64,000 nucleotides of DNA, from positions 77,655 to 141,654 of the forward strand of contig JAYZAL010000064.1 of the NCBI GenBank assembly GCA_036339735.1, written 5' to 3'. The stretch's first letter is position 1, and each line of letters starts with the position of its first letter. Under the pieces are notes generated by a model. That model ran no database searches and was not told the DNA's origin. It saw nothing but the letters and a program-made list of their open reading frames with translations. The DNA comes from Candidatus Poribacteria bacterium (GTDB lineage Bacteria; Poribacteria; WGA-4E; UBA9662). The position numbers and the translations under genes are program-made. Below, piece by piece: positions 51,445 to 62,432 of this stretch.

Positions 51445-53694
51445 ATGCAATTCAAGTTCTACTGGCCTCTATGGTTATTGATAATTTTGCTCTTGTTTTC
51501 TGCGGGTGGAGCTGTCGGTACTTATTTAGCTCTAAGTACCCCTCGCCTTCCCCGGATAACAAAAATTGGTTTAATTGGACTGAGAGTTCTTGCCATTTTG
51601 GCCTTGATTTTTTGCCTAATACAACCAGTTCGAATTGAACAAGAAAATATTAATCCTGTGTCGAATCTATTGGTCTTGATCGATTCGACATCTAGTATGA
51701 GCTTGGTAGATGCGAAGACAAAGAATACAAGTCGACTAAGCTCACGCTTGGAAGTTGTTGAAAAATGGTTGTTCGAAAATGATCTGGGACATGCTTTTTC
51801 TGCCAAAAGTAATTTGTATGGCCGAATCGAACCTCAGTTTTACCAGTTTTGGGATGATCAAATATCTAAAATCGCTCCTGATTTGGGTGCTAATTTTTCC
51901 TTACCAAAAGGATATGAGACTGATCTTCAATCTTCAATCAACCAAGTCGTACTACAATGGCGAGGTCAACCATTAGCTGGCATCATATTGATATCAGATG
52001 GTGGACATAATGTTGGTACAATCGACTTTGAAGAAATCCGAAAACTACAAATTCCGATTTACACTCTTGGGGTTGGCAATGAAAATCAACCTTCTGACGT
52101 ACAAATTAAAAAGATCGAGGTGAATCCAATTGTTTATGTTGGTCAAAAGACACCTCTACGCGTTTCCGTTTACCAAAAAGGATTCGATCGGCAAAAAACT
52201 GAGATTAGTCTTCGGAATAACTCTAACATTGTTTATTCAAAAACAATTACCTTTGCTGACGAAACGCCACTTGGGGGACAAATAATTGATTTTGAAATTG
52301 AACCAAAAGCAGAAGGAAGTCTGACTTACACTATACAACTACCAATCCTAGAAGGTGAAGCGACGGCCGAAAACAACCAAAAATCCGTCACGATTCGAGC
52401 TGTTAAATCAAAATTAATGGTACTCCTAGTAGATGGTTACCCTCGATGGGAATATACGTTTTTGAAACGTACTCTCAAGAAAAACGTAGATACAGAAGTC
52501 AAAGGAATGATCTTAAAAAACTCTCCACCATTCCCAACCAACTCAGACATTAAGTCTATCGAAGCATTTCCAACGAAAATCGAAGACTTATTGAAATATG
52601 ATATAGTCGTTTTGGGTGATCTATCTTCGAATCAGCTGTCGATTGACCAAAAACGGATATTGGTTGATTATGTGCAGCAATTTGGAAGGTCTGTAGTTTT
52701 TTTATCTGGGACGGTTTCCCTGGGAAACAAAGGACTACTTAACTCAGAATTGGCTGACATTTTGCCCATCTTAGCACCCAAAGGCTCCTTATTATTTAGC
52801 GAAACAGAAGTAGATCTCAAGTTAACTACTCTAGGCCAACAGCATTCGTCAATGCAGTTGAGTCCGGATTTTGATCAAAATCAAAAAATTTGGCATAATC
52901 TTCCTGCTTTGTCAGGATGGTTTCGTAACTTTGAATTAAAAAGTAGTGCTGTTGTTCTGGCTGAGCACGAGTCCGCATCCGCACCAATTTTAACTTATTT
53001 TCAATCTGGATTAGGTAAAAGTCTTTTGTTATCAGCAGAGGGGTCATGGCGATGGGCATTCGAATCAACTTTGCAGAAATCGGTGGTAGATCAAATTACG
53101 TCAAGCTCTCATTATACACGTTTTTGGTTACAGACCATTCGTTGGCTCTCTGCTCGTGCAAGTAACAACCCTATTCATTTAACCAGTGCCCGGATGAATT
53201 ATCAAATTGGGCAGACTGTTGAGTTGATTGTTTACGCGTATGATGCTAATTTTATGCCCATGACTCAAGCGGAGATCAAATTAGATATCATACCTAGTGA
53301 TAATCTTTCATTTCAGCTACCAACTGACGAAATCAGCGAAGGTGTTTACCGTTCTACGTTTACTGCGAGTACTACTGGCCGTTACATCATTCAAGCAAGT
53401 ATTTCAAACAGTGAGGATGAAATCGAAATCCAGGTCGATTCGAATACTAGTGAATTTGAACGGCCTTATCTGGATAAAAAACTAATGTCCACTTTAGCCA
53501 GCGGTACAGGCGGTGTTTATCATCAGATAGATAATATTTCGGCCGAAAAATTGACTGACCTGATACCTAACCCCAGCAAACCTGTCTATCAAACAGTTGA
53601 ACACCAACTCTGGGACCATCCATTGATTTTTTTGTTTGTGCTTATTTTGCTTGGTGGAGAATGGTTGTGGCGGAAACGATGTGGATTAATTTGA
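51445..53694 (+). CDS. Membrane-anchored VWA + Ig-like + glutamine-amidotransferase-like protein
   Basis: N- and C-terminal TM helices, DSTSSM, ISDG, PRWEY.FL, YDIVVLGD, WRW, EWLWRKR.GL. Confidence 0.78.
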   Translation: MQFKFYWPLWLLIILLLFSAGGAVGTYLALSTPRLPRITKIGLIGLRVLAILALIFCLIQPVRIEQENINPVSNLLVLIDSTSSMSLVDAKTKNTSRLSSRLEVVEKWLFENDLGHAFSAKSNLYGRIEPQFYQFWDDQISKIAPDLGANFSLPKGYETDLQSSINQVVLQWRGQPLAGIILISDGGHNVGTIDFEEIRKLQIPIYTLGVGNENQPSDVQIKKIEVNPIVYVGQKTPLRVSVYQKGFDRQKTEISLRNNSNIVYSKTITFADETPLGGQIIDFEIEPKAEGSLTYTIQLPILEGEATAENNQKSVTIRAVKSKLMVLLVDGYPRWEYTFLKRTLKKNVDTEVKGMILKNSPPFPTNSDIKSIEAFPTKIEDLLKYDIVVLGDLSSNQLSIDQKRILVDYVQQFGRSVVFLSGTVSLGNKGLLNSELADILPILAPKGSLLFSETEVDLKLTTLGQQHSSMQLSPDFDQNQKIWHNLPALSGWFRNFELKSSAVVLAEHESASAPILTYFQSGLGKSLLLSAEGSWRWAFESTLQKSVVDQITSSSHYTRFWLQTIRWLSARASNNPIHLTSARMNYQIGQTVELIVYAYDANFMPMTQAEIKLDIIPSDNLSFQLPTDEISEGVYRSTFTASTTGRYIIQASISNSEDEIEIQVDSNTSEFERPYLDKKLMSTLASGTGGVYHQIDNISAEKLTDLIPNPSKPVYQTVEHQLWDHPLIFLFVLILLGGEWLWRKRCGLI

Positions 53695-53789
53695 GTTAAT
53701 ACTATTACCAAATAAGATAATTAAATTTTAGCTATATTGTCTATACTAACTGAAAAATATAATTGTGGATTTAACTAAAGGAGATAAAG

Positions 53790-54554
53790 ATGCAAATAGT
53801 TGAATTAGGTGAAACTGGAATTGAAACGTCACGACTCGCAATTGGTACAGGATCAAACGGTTGGAATGGGCGCTCGAACCAAACAGATCTTGGTTATCAG
53901 GAACTTATTGATTTATTTCACTTTTCATATAGTCAAGGTATCCGTTTCTGGGATTTAGCCGATATGTATGGTAGTCATCCTCATGCAAAGGGGGCTTTGA
54001 AAGGATTAGATCGCGAAAAAATTACGATCGCTACGAAGACTACCGCTCGTACTGGTCCCGAGGTCGAGGCAGATGTAAAAAGGTTTTTGAAGGAAGTGGG
54101 GACCGATTATATCGATATAGTATTGTTACATTGTTTAACTGAATTTGATTGGCCACAAAGATACCCAGATGCAATGGAAGCACTTAGTCGTTGTAAAGCA
54201 AAAGGGTTAATTCGGGCACACGGAGTCTCTTGCCATGATTTTGGAGCTTTCCAGACGTCTGCTATTACTGATTGGGTTGAAATTGTATTGGCGCGTATTA
54301 ACTATGCTGGTATTTCTATGGATGCATCTCCAGTAGATGTAATCCATACCATGGAGTCAATGGCTAAGAAAGGTAAGGGAATCTATGGTATGAAGGTCAT
54401 GGGAATGGGAAAATTGGATAAAGAAGAAGGTGGCGCAAGAGAAGCCATTGAATTTGTACTAAATTTATCTTGTGTACACGCTATGACAATTGGGATGCAG
54501 AGTCAAGCCGAAGTTATCGAGAACGTTAATATTATTAATAATCTGATGGAATAA
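53790..54554 (+). CDS. Aldo/keto reductase
   Basis: LGETG...SRLAIGT, DLADMYG, ATK, TDYIDIVLLH, GVSCH. Confidence 0.9.
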   Translation: MQIVELGETGIETSRLAIGTGSNGWNGRSNQTDLGYQELIDLFHFSYSQGIRFWDLADMYGSHPHAKGALKGLDREKITIATKTTARTGPEVEADVKRFLKEVGTDYIDIVLLHCLTEFDWPQRYPDAMEALSRCKAKGLIRAHGVSCHDFGAFQTSAITDWVEIVLARINYAGISMDASPVDVIHTMESMAKKGKGIYGMKVMGMGKLDKEEGGAREAIEFVLNLSCVHAMTIGMQSQAEVIENVNIINNLME

Positions 54555-54576
54555 AAAAATAACACACGAGAGATTT

Positions 54577-55767
54577 ATGCTCTTACGTTGGGATTTATTC
54601 CTTTTTTGTCTTTTTTTAATTGGAGAAATTTGCCTACAGCCTCTTTCTGTGCAGGCGGAGAATCTTTCTAATGATTCAAACTTAGGTGAGTTAGAACATC
54701 GGAGATATCAGAAAATTCAACAAAAACAAAATGCTCAGAAAAAACGTAACGAAGTATTTGGAAAGGAACGAGGAGTTTTAAAACGCTTACAAGAAATAGA
54801 AACTGAGATGGCTGCACTTCAGCTTGAACTAAAAAGTCATCTGAAGAATATTGAAATTCAAAAAAAGAAAAAAAAACGTATTGAACAAGAGTTACTAAAA
54901 CTACGAAATCACTACCTAAATTATCAGAAGCAGGCGACCAATCGTATTACATCAATATACAAAATGGGTTATAGATCAAGATTAACTAATCAGCACCAAA
55001 TAGTAAGACTACTAATGACATCTGAAGGGTTAGTTGATTTATTTACCAAATATCAATACGCAAATGTCATTGTAAAGTCAGACCAGCAATTAATGGCCAA
55101 TTTAATATCTCAGCAGGAAGCGATTAAATTAACCTACATAGAATTACAAAAACAAGTTTCTGCTATTGAAGCAACAACAGAAACTATAAAAAACAAGCAA
55201 AAAAATCTGTCGGTTAGAAAACAAAGACGAAAAAAATTGTTAGATAACTATCGGACCCAACGCAGTACTTATGACGAAGTCATCAAAGAATTACGTCAAG
55301 CTGTTATCGAGCTCGAGGAAGCCTTAGGGATATTATCCACTGATACGTTAATGGTCAAAGCCGACCGTATTAGAGGTATAGGTATACAAGACCAAGGACA
55401 GCTAAATTGGCCAATAAAAGGAAAAATCGTCAAGAACCAAAACCCCTTTGATCGTGGAATTACGATTAGGCCGATTACTAGTAAAGTAGAATCATCCAAA
55501 GTCAGGAGTATAGCTGGAGGAATTGTAGGAAAAGTTATCAACTCAGTTGTTGGCTATGGAAATACTGTTCTGATTTTACATGGTAATGCTTACACGTCAG
55601 TTTACACACATTTATCCGCAGTCGACGTAAAAATCGGTAATGTTGTAACTGCAAACCAAGTACTAGGACAAGTTGGAGAGTCAGGATCACTGATAGGCGA
55701 AGTTCTCTACTTTGAACTCTGGCATAATTATGTACCTCTGGATACCGCTCAATGGTTGGAGCATTAA
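54577..55767 (+). CDS. envC: EnvC-like murein hydrolase activator (coiled coil plus degenerate M23/LytM domain)
   Basis: Signal peptide, long coiled coil, L.WPI.G, GYGNTVLILH, Y.HL, LYFE; the Zn-ligand motifs appear absent. Confidence 0.75.
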   Translation: MLLRWDLFLFCLFLIGEICLQPLSVQAENLSNDSNLGELEHRRYQKIQQKQNAQKKRNEVFGKERGVLKRLQEIETEMAALQLELKSHLKNIEIQKKKKKRIEQELLKLRNHYLNYQKQATNRITSIYKMGYRSRLTNQHQIVRLLMTSEGLVDLFTKYQYANVIVKSDQQLMANLISQQEAIKLTYIELQKQVSAIEATTETIKNKQKNLSVRKQRRKKLLDNYRTQRSTYDEVIKELRQAVIELEEALGILSTDTLMVKADRIRGIGIQDQGQLNWPIKGKIVKNQNPFDRGITIRPITSKVESSKVRSIAGGIVGKVINSVVGYGNTVLILHGNAYTSVYTHLSAVDVKIGNVVTANQVLGQVGESGSLIGEVLYFELWHNYVPLDTAQWLEH

Positions 55768-55794
55768 TATAATTTTATAAAGTTTGATTACCTA

Positions 55795-56559
55795 TTGATA
55801 ATGATAGAGACAAATGGCTTTACGATCATAGCCCACAGGGGCTTTTCAGAGAAACTACCCGAAAACACATTTCCAGCCTTCGATTTAGCAATAATATCGG
55901 GTTTTCACAATTTGGAGCTTGATGTTCAATTGACCAAGGATAAAATCCCTGTAATTATCCATGATTCTAATTTGCTTAGAACAACAGGAGTAAATGGTTT
56001 AGTATCGGAACGACAATATGACCAAATCAAGTTCTTAGAGGCAGTCAACAAATTTAGTGTTGCAGGGGAAGAATACAGAATACCAAAGCTGACCGACTTT
56101 CTTGAGAAATACGAAAACGACGTTCACCTTCATTTAGAGTTGAAATCTGGCGATCAGGACTTACCAGAAGTAGTATATAAGTACTTGAATGATTACGGAT
56201 GGCTATCTCGTGAGAAAGGCCTATACGAAACTGGGGGCATTACCGTCAGTAGCTTTCGAATAGAACAACTGATTAGGTTTGAAAAATTAACTAATTCTGA
56301 GAGAACCGCTTGGCTAGTAGATAACATCACGGAAAATCGTTTAGCCACTTGTACTAAGCAGAATATCAATCTAATTTGCCCAATAGCCAAATTCGCAGAT
56401 TCTGAGTCAGTAGACTTGGCTAGTGAAAAACAAATAGAGGTACGAAATTGGGGCATTTCGAATGTAGATGATCTGATCAAAGCTTATAATTCGGGCAGTA
56501 CAGGTTCAACAGTTGATTGGCCCTTAAAAGCTAAAGAGATTTTAGCAAGAATGACTTAG
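55795..56559 (+). CDS. Glycerophosphodiester phosphodiesterase
   Basis: IAHRG, PENT, ELDVQLTKD, IHD, LELK. Confidence 0.92.
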   Translation: MIMIETNGFTIIAHRGFSEKLPENTFPAFDLAIISGFHNLELDVQLTKDKIPVIIHDSNLLRTTGVNGLVSERQYDQIKFLEAVNKFSVAGEEYRIPKLTDFLEKYENDVHLHLELKSGDQDLPEVVYKYLNDYGWLSREKGLYETGGITVSSFRIEQLIRFEKLTNSERTAWLVDNITENRLATCTKQNINLICPIAKFADSESVDLASEKQIEVRNWGISNVDDLIKAYNSGSTGSTVDWPLKAKEILARMT

Positions 56560-56745
56560 GACAAGTCCCCAACGCAATTGTATTTTTTACTAACGACTGT
56601 GCTTCTGAGTTTATATATGGCTGAAAGAGTAAAGCACAAAAAATTTACGAAATCATTTCTCCACTGATCATAACTATGGATTGTTCGTGAAAAGGATAGA
56701 TAACTGGCAAAAAGGTCGGTTATTATTGTCTATTCTTTTGGCTCG

Positions 56746-56776
56746 TAGAAGGCGATTACTTCTAAATCACCTTCTA
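56746..56776. terminator. Hairpin between convergent genes
   Basis: TAGAAGGCGATT/AATCACCTTCTA; fully paired with one G-U on the minus strand; no U-tract. Confidence 0.4.
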
Positions 56777-56959
56777 TTCTGCCTATGACAATTTTTGAAA
56801 GGTAGAAAACATACTTAACAGTTTATTGAACAAGAACCAAGAGTGAATATGACAAACAATAACAAGAATGAATTTTTAACCTCAAGTTATTTTAATTCTT
56901 CATAGATTCGGTTCTGTATCAATAAACTTTATCTTCTTCAAACTTTTCCTTCTTCTGTA

Positions 56960-57622
56960 TCAAATTTTTTTCGCACACCACTGAATGCCACGTTGCAAAA
57001 TAGTAACGAAATTTTGGTTTTGCCAAGCCTGCCAATCATGGCCTGATTGAAAACAGAAAACACGACTTTTTTGATATTGACGCACCCAAGCCAGAACTTT
57101 CATGCTTTTCGGATGATCAGTGGTTAATAGTATTTCACTATCTGGTAATGGGATCTTCATCTTGTAGGTTTCGTCAGCCATTTGCCAATCCGACAGCCCG
57201 GATGTGATAGGGTGACTGGGACTAGTTACTTGAACAGATATTTCCTGATTCATAGCCACATCATGTGTCAAGTCATCAAAACCAACAATTTCCCCCCAAA
57301 TAGGCCAATTTCTATAGGCTAAAATTGAGTGGTGAAGTATAAAGATTCCCTGATCTGTTTGGCCTAAATCCTCTAAAACTGATTTTGGTTTACCCTGGTA
57401 CCAGGCTAGCCCATCATCAGTAGGACCATCCAATAACATAGTATAGAATAGAATGACATCGTAGTTATTCCGAACCCTCAAAGATGAAGTAGCAAAATCA
57501 TCCATGTGCTGTATGTAAGCTTGGATCCCTGACAGCTGACCGAATAAATCATGAAACTCAACTACATTAAAGCTGTGCCCTCCAGTAACAACGGCGACTC
57601 TAATCGATTGACTAGATTGCAT
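56960..57622 (-). CDS. ThuA-like (GATase1-fold) domain protein
   Basis: VTGGH.F, ILHH, HPIT.GL, DETY, AWVR, GHD. Confidence 0.85.
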   Translation of the reverse strand: MQSSQSIRVAVVTGGHSFNVVEFHDLFGQLSGIQAYIQHMDDFATSSLRVRNNYDVILFYTMLLDGPTDDGLAWYQGKPKSVLEDLGQTDQGIFILHHSILAYRNWPIWGEIVGFDDLTHDVAMNQEISVQVTSPSHPITSGLSDWQMADETYKMKIPLPDSEILLTTDHPKSMKVLAWVRQYQKSRVFCFQSGHDWQAWQNQNFVTILQRGIQWCAKKI

Positions 57623-58607
57623 TTTGCCTCCAATCAAAAACTGTTCCCAGCAGTTCCTCAGGGTGATCCCTAAGTTTATCGTAAATCTGTTTGGCTGAGG
57701 CTACTGCAACAACATCCTGAATTAGTGCATCCATGTTTAATTTTCCTTCAGCGACTAGGCGTTGCAGATTAGCTAAATCATCTTTGTCGAAGTGGCTGTT
57801 TTGTTTGATGTTTATTTCTTTATGCTGTCCTAAGTTAAAAGTATATTCGACCTTGAATCGACCTGCAATGAACAAAATTAGGCCTCGATGCTTTACAGCC
57901 TTGATGAGTCGATCTTCTACTCCAACTACACCAGCAACATCCAAAACTGTATCAAAGTTGCCATCTTCAATTTGTATCCAATCATCACCACTTACGTTAA
58001 CGACATTTTCTATTAGCCCCGTAGAACGTGAAATATCCAAGCGTCTTTGGTCAATGTCAACTATAGTGACTCTGGCACCCATGGCACTTCCTATTTGTGC
58101 AGCCATTTGTCCAACCATACCTGCTCCCAAAACTAAAAAACGGTGCCCTATTTTCAAGTCAGCATTTCGACAGCAACGCATGGCTACAGAAGCAACACCA
58201 AACAACGCTGCGTGAGTAAGATCAACTCTATCATCTAATTTTATGAATAATCCATCATGCCGCTGATGTGGCATTAGATTATTTAAATTATGCGGCCGTA
58301 AATTGCAATACTGATGGTGGTCAGAGCTAGAATAGACTATATCACCGATTGCTATATCTTTCACATCTGAACCAACCTCGATTACCCTTCCTACATTTTG
58401 GTAACCACCACTAGTAGGTAAAGAAGAATCAGGTGGCGAATAATTACCACCAACCATCGCGTTCCGCTCAGTTCCATTTGTTAGACCTGAGTACAGTGTC
58501 TCTGTCCGAATTTGGTCGACCTCAATAGGTGATGGTGCTGTCCAATCATCAATCAGAATTTTTTCGCGCTGACCTTTGTCATTTAGCTGCATCACTAAAG
58601 CTTTCAA
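57612..58607 (-). CDS. Medium-chain (zinc-type) alcohol dehydrogenase family protein
   Basis: S...GTE, GY..VG.V.EVG, LGAGMVG, DID..RL; TTG start with AGGAG SD. Confidence 0.85.
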   Translation of the reverse strand: MKALVMQLNDKGQREKILIDDWTAPSPIEVDQIRTETLYSGLTNGTERNAMVGGNYSPPDSSLPTSGGYQNVGRVIEVGSDVKDIAIGDIVYSSSDHHQYCNLRPHNLNNLMPHQRHDGLFIKLDDRVDLTHAALFGVASVAMRCCRNADLKIGHRFLVLGAGMVGQMAAQIGSAMGARVTIVDIDQRRLDISRSTGLIENVVNVSGDDWIQIEDGNFDTVLDVAGVVGVEDRLIKAVKHRGLILFIAGRFKVEYTFNLGQHKEINIKQNSHFDKDDLANLQRLVAEGKLNMDALIQDVVAVASAKQIYDKLRDHPEELLGTVFDWRQNAI

Positions 58608-58742
58608 AGTAAATCTCCTCTAGGCAATATAGTTAATACTATTATAATTCCTTGTAATCATGAAAATATGTGTCTGTTAGAATTTTACTTTTAGACAAGT
58701 AGAAAATAAATAATGGAAAAAAGAACTGACCTAATCGGCTGA

Positions 58743-59891
58743 TTAGTATATCAAATATGGGCGACAATGCTGCCGAAAGCTAAGAGATTGTTGTCGCCAA
58801 TCCTCAATCAAGTCATCAATCGAAATTCCTTCTTCTATCGTATTCCGTAATTTATCACTACCAACTAAACGATCGAAAAATGTTTCATGGAATTGAAATT
58901 CATCGGGATATTGATGCTTGACTAAATTAAGCAGATATAGTGTAGCGGAGATCGAGCAACATTTTCCTTCTAGATTCAGATTGGTCAAGTGTAACTGAAT
59001 TCCATTACATACTTTTCCTTTATATTTAGAAAAAATTGGTTCAAACTGAATTGGTCGAGCTTTCATCCCTAATAAGTCTAATTTATTAAAAGCGGTCGCT
59101 AGCCATTGGCCATCCAACCAGGGTGCACCTATCCATTCAAAAGGCTTGGTTGTCCCCCGACCTTCTGACAAATTAGTTCCTTCAATCAGGCAAGTACCAA
59201 CATACAGCTGGGTCGTTCGTCGATTTGGAATATTAGGGGAAGGAGGAACCCATAGCCAATCTGCTTGTTCAAAAAAAAAATTTCTATTTTCGTTTGTGTG
59301 CATCGATATAACTTTCAGATCTAGATCCAGCTTACGTTCCGAACTGAATAATTGTGCTAGTTCTCCGATAGTCATACCGTGTTGCATTGGGATTGGGTGT
59401 TGACCAACAAACGAAAGAAAATTAGTTTCTGACACATTACCCGCAACCCTACTGCCAATCGGGTTTGGCCGGTCCAAGACCATAAAATCTAGGCCGTACT
59501 CTTCTGCTGATTTCATCGCTCGATACATTGTCCAAGTATAAGTGTAAAATCTAGCGCCAACATCTTGAATATCAAAAACTAGCAAATCAATACCTTCCAG
59601 CATGTCTTCAGTTGGTTGTTTCGTTTGACCATAGAGGCTATAAACTGGAATTAACTGTTTTTGGTCCGAATAAATTCGAACACCGGCTTGAGCCGTTCCA
59701 GTCAGACCATGCTCCGGACTGAATAGGGCTTTGATTTGAGAATGTTCTGCTAATAGGGATACGTTATCACGTAACTGCTCGTCTACTCCTGTTTGATTAG
59801 TGATTATTCCTATGGAGCGACCTTTTAGGAGATGAGTATAGTTGCGTAGTAGACGAGTGAGACCAGACTGAATCGGAAATATTTCACCCAT
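58743..59891 (-). CDS. namZ: Exo-beta-N-acetylmuramidase NamZ (DUF1343) family
   Basis: TNQTG, FSPEHG, SLYG, DIQDVGARFYTY, DRPNP, HGMTIGELA, PPSPN, SEGRGT. Confidence 0.9.
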   Translation of the reverse strand: MGEIFPIQSGLTRLLRNYTHLLKGRSIGIITNQTGVDEQLRDNVSLLAEHSQIKALFSPEHGLTGTAQAGVRIYSDQKQLIPVYSLYGQTKQPTEDMLEGIDLLVFDIQDVGARFYTYTWTMYRAMKSAEEYGLDFMVLDRPNPIGSRVAGNVSETNFLSFVGQHPIPMQHGMTIGELAQLFSSERKLDLDLKVISMHTNENRNFFFEQADWLWVPPSPNIPNRRTTQLYVGTCLIEGTNLSEGRGTTKPFEWIGAPWLDGQWLATAFNKLDLLGMKARPIQFEPIFSKYKGKVCNGIQLHLTNLNLEGKCCSISATLYLLNLVKHQYPDEFQFHETFFDRLVGSDKLRNTIEEGISIDDLIEDWRQQSLSFRQHCRPYLIY

Positions 59892-60896
59892 TTATTCAAT
59901 CCGAAATTCTATATTGGCTGAAAAAGTTGATTTTTCGCTGCCTTTTGGTTCTAGTATAATTAAGTTGGCAGCAGCGTTCTTTGCTGCTAGATTGACAGCA
60001 TCAGTAGGACAAGTATAGGGTTCAAAACAGATAACATGTCGGTCAGGAGGTGTATAAACAACCCACTGTCGGAAGTTTGAGTCAGCTTCGACCTGTAGGC
60101 TAATACCAGCGGTCCTGTCATGAATAGAACAAATCGAACTTCCATTTTTAATGTAGGTTAGATTTGTAAAGATATCGTCTAGTTTCAGACCAGAAAAACA
60201 TTTCCCATCGATTAGCTCAGGATCTTGGTTTTCCAGTATACGACCTGTTGGTAAAAATTCACTCAACTCCCAGTATTGATTAGCTGGAATGGTAATCCAG
60301 CTATTTTTCGGCTGAGAATCAGGTGAAAACAGAACGCGAAAATACGGGTGTATACCAAGCCCCATTGGTAACCGTTTTTGGCCCATGTTTTGGACTAAGA
60401 TGTCCATATGCAAACAGTGTTCAGTTAAAGTGTAGGTTATTTCGAATCGAAAAGGAAAAGGGTATTGACGCATTATCCAATCTGATTTTTCTGATTCAAC
60501 CTGACAGGTGATATAGGCAAATGGTTGAGGATTATCAGAATTATTACCAAATTCAGTGACAACGAAGGAGTGATTAAGTAACAAACCATGAATTGAATTT
60601 GGAGAGTCAGCTGGTTTGTCAAATATGTAAGTCTCACCTTCGAAATTGAATCTCCCAGCTCGGATTCGGTTTGGAAATGGAAATAGTATCGGATTGCCAA
60701 AGCCTGATGGCCTTTCTTGTAATTTTAATAAACTAGGGGGTGGATCAATTACATCAACCCATTCTCCGTTTTTTTGAAAAGAAAAATGGATACAGTTGGC
60801 GCCGATGGAAGGTACAATCTGTGCCCTAGTAGTTCCCACTTGCAACGTATAAATTTCGTTGTTAGCTTCAAAAAAACGGTCAACTAAGCACTCCAA
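59892..60896 (-). CDS. Aldose 1-epimerase family protein
   Basis: G.PILFPFPNRI..G, IHG, YPFPF, GIHPYF, LDD, CFEP. Confidence 0.9.
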   Translation of the reverse strand: MECLVDRFFEANNEIYTLQVGTTRAQIVPSIGANCIHFSFQKNGEWVDVIDPPPSLLKLQERPSGFGNPILFPFPNRIRAGRFNFEGETYIFDKPADSPNSIHGLLLNHSFVVTEFGNNSDNPQPFAYITCQVESEKSDWIMRQYPFPFRFEITYTLTEHCLHMDILVQNMGQKRLPMGLGIHPYFRVLFSPDSQPKNSWITIPANQYWELSEFLPTGRILENQDPELIDGKCFSGLKLDDIFTNLTYIKNGSSICSIHDRTAGISLQVEADSNFRQWVVYTPPDRHVICFEPYTCPTDAVNLAAKNAAANLIILEPKGSEKSTFSANIEFRIE

Positions 60897-60913
60897 AATT
60901 GAATAAGCTCCAC

Positions 60914-61390
60914 TTACTTTAGGTTTTGATAACCGTCATCAATCAGCAGTTGGGAAGCTGCTAACGCTTCACGGGCCAGCTGGTCACAACGCTCGTTCCA
61001 CTCATGACCAGCGTGTCCCTTTACCCAAAAAAACTCAACTTGATGATGGTGGCATAACTGTAACATCCGTTTCCAAAGGTCAATGTTGCTGGCCAGATCC
61101 TTCTTATTTCTCATCCAGTCGTTAGCTTTCCATCTCCTAACCCATCCTTTTTCCATAGCATCGACCAAATATTTTGAATCGCTATATATTTGAACATGAG
61201 CAGGTGTGTCAATTGCCTCTAAACCAACAATGGCTGCGAGAATCTCCATTCGGTTGTTCGTGGTCCAACGAAAACCCTGTGAAAATTCTATTTGTTGACC
61301 ATTGTACGATAGAATAACTCCATAACCACCAGGTCCTGGGTTACCGCTACAGGCACCGTCAGTATAAATGATAACTGTTCCTTCATTCAT
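60914..61390 (-). CDS. rnhA: Ribonuclease HI
   Basis: YTDGACSGNPGPGG, TTNNRME, SDSKY, WVKGHAG, NERCD. Confidence 0.97.
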   Translation of the reverse strand: MNEGTVIIYTDGACSGNPGPGGYGVILSYNGQQIEFSQGFRWTTNNRMEILAAIVGLEAIDTPAHVQIYSDSKYLVDAMEKGWVRRWKANDWMRNKKDLASNIDLWKRMLQLCHHHQVEFFWVKGHAGHEWNERCDQLAREALAASQLLIDDGYQNLK

Positions 61391-61505
61391 CGCTAGATTT
61401 TACAAGAAAATAAAAATTTCAATAAGAAAAAAATAGAGTAGCTTCCAATCGACCGCAACATTTTAATCTAACATGGTTGAGTTTGTTAGGCAAGGAACAG
61501 CCAGG

Positions 61506-62432
61506 TTAGATATGTGATCTTTTTATAGTCAAGCAATGCTCAAGCCGATCCGGCCTATAAGATTTTTTGACCAATCTTAGATGAGATAAGCCTGAATCTC
61601 CCATCACGTTTATCCATTTTTCATGACGTTGTACGCATAATTGATGAAAAACAAATTGCGCGAGGCCTTTATAGTCTAAATCTGTAACCTCAAACAATAC
61701 ACAGAAAGTACTAGGTGGTAAAGTGTAACCGAGTGTATACGCACAAAGACGACCATCGATTCTAACTACAAGGCCTAACAAGCCCAATTGATCTGCGGCT
61801 AATAATCCTTGTCTGTGAGCACAAAGTGAATCGTCTAGCATAGATCGAACCAATTCATCTTTAACCGCAGCACGGGACTTTTTTCGATTCAGAGCCCATT
61901 CTTTGTATAAAGCCAAGCAGTCGATGACGTCTGATGATTGAAAGAGTGAAACTTCGGCTGCAGGGTGGTTAGCTTGAAATTGGTTGATTGAATGACGTTT
62001 ACTTTTGTAAGTGTTTCCTCTTAGATCCTTTAGCTTCTTCCGGCAGTAGACATACTCGGTTTCAGCTTCAAAGACTTGAAATCCTATCAATCGACTTGGC
62101 ACATCAATAATATTTTCAATCCGTAAAATATTTGTTCGTTGGCTCTGGTTTTCCATCAATCTAAACACCCATTCTATAATGTCTGGTCCCAAAGGACGGC
62201 TACCAAAGGGAGCAATGGGCATAAAATAGTCGCCATCTTGCCTGGCGAATAAACAAAAAAAATCGTTTTGAGTCACCCAAAAAAAATCGTAGAAATCACG
62301 CCATATATAGTGAGCAGTAAAAGAATAGGCAGAAGGTATAGCTATAAATCCTGATTGAAATTGCCAATGAAGATGAGAACTAGCCAGATACTGATTAAAA
62401 GTCTGTTGATCATCTAACGTTAATTTACGCAT
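61506..62432 (-). CDS. DUF2156 (aminoacyl-phosphatidylglycerol synthase C-terminal/FemX-like) soluble protein
   Basis: EYVY....L..L.G..Y.SKR..IN.F, FE......KGLAQF, IN...DSG...LR..K.SY.P. Confidence 0.82.
   Translation of the reverse strand: MRKLTLDDQQTFNQYLASSHLHWQFQSGFIAIPSAYSFTAHYIWRDFYDFFWVTQNDFFCLFARQDGDYFMPIAPFGSRPLGPDIIEWVFRLMENQSQRTNILRIENIIDVPSRLIGFQVFEAETEYVYCRKKLKDLRGNTYKSKRHSINQFQANHPAAEVSLFQSSDVIDCLALYKEWALNRKKSRAAVKDELVRSMLDDSLCAHRQGLLAADQLGLLGLVVRIDGRLCAYTLGYTLPPSTFCVLFEVTDLDYKGLAQFVFHQLCVQRHEKWINVMGDSGLSHLRLVKKSYRPDRLEHCLTIKRSHI

Noticed and set aside
57733-58215. 160-aa antisense ORF and the many other 60-190-aa overlapping ORFs in the track
   Set aside because: They are shadows of well-supported genes on the opposite strand or another frame and have no motifs
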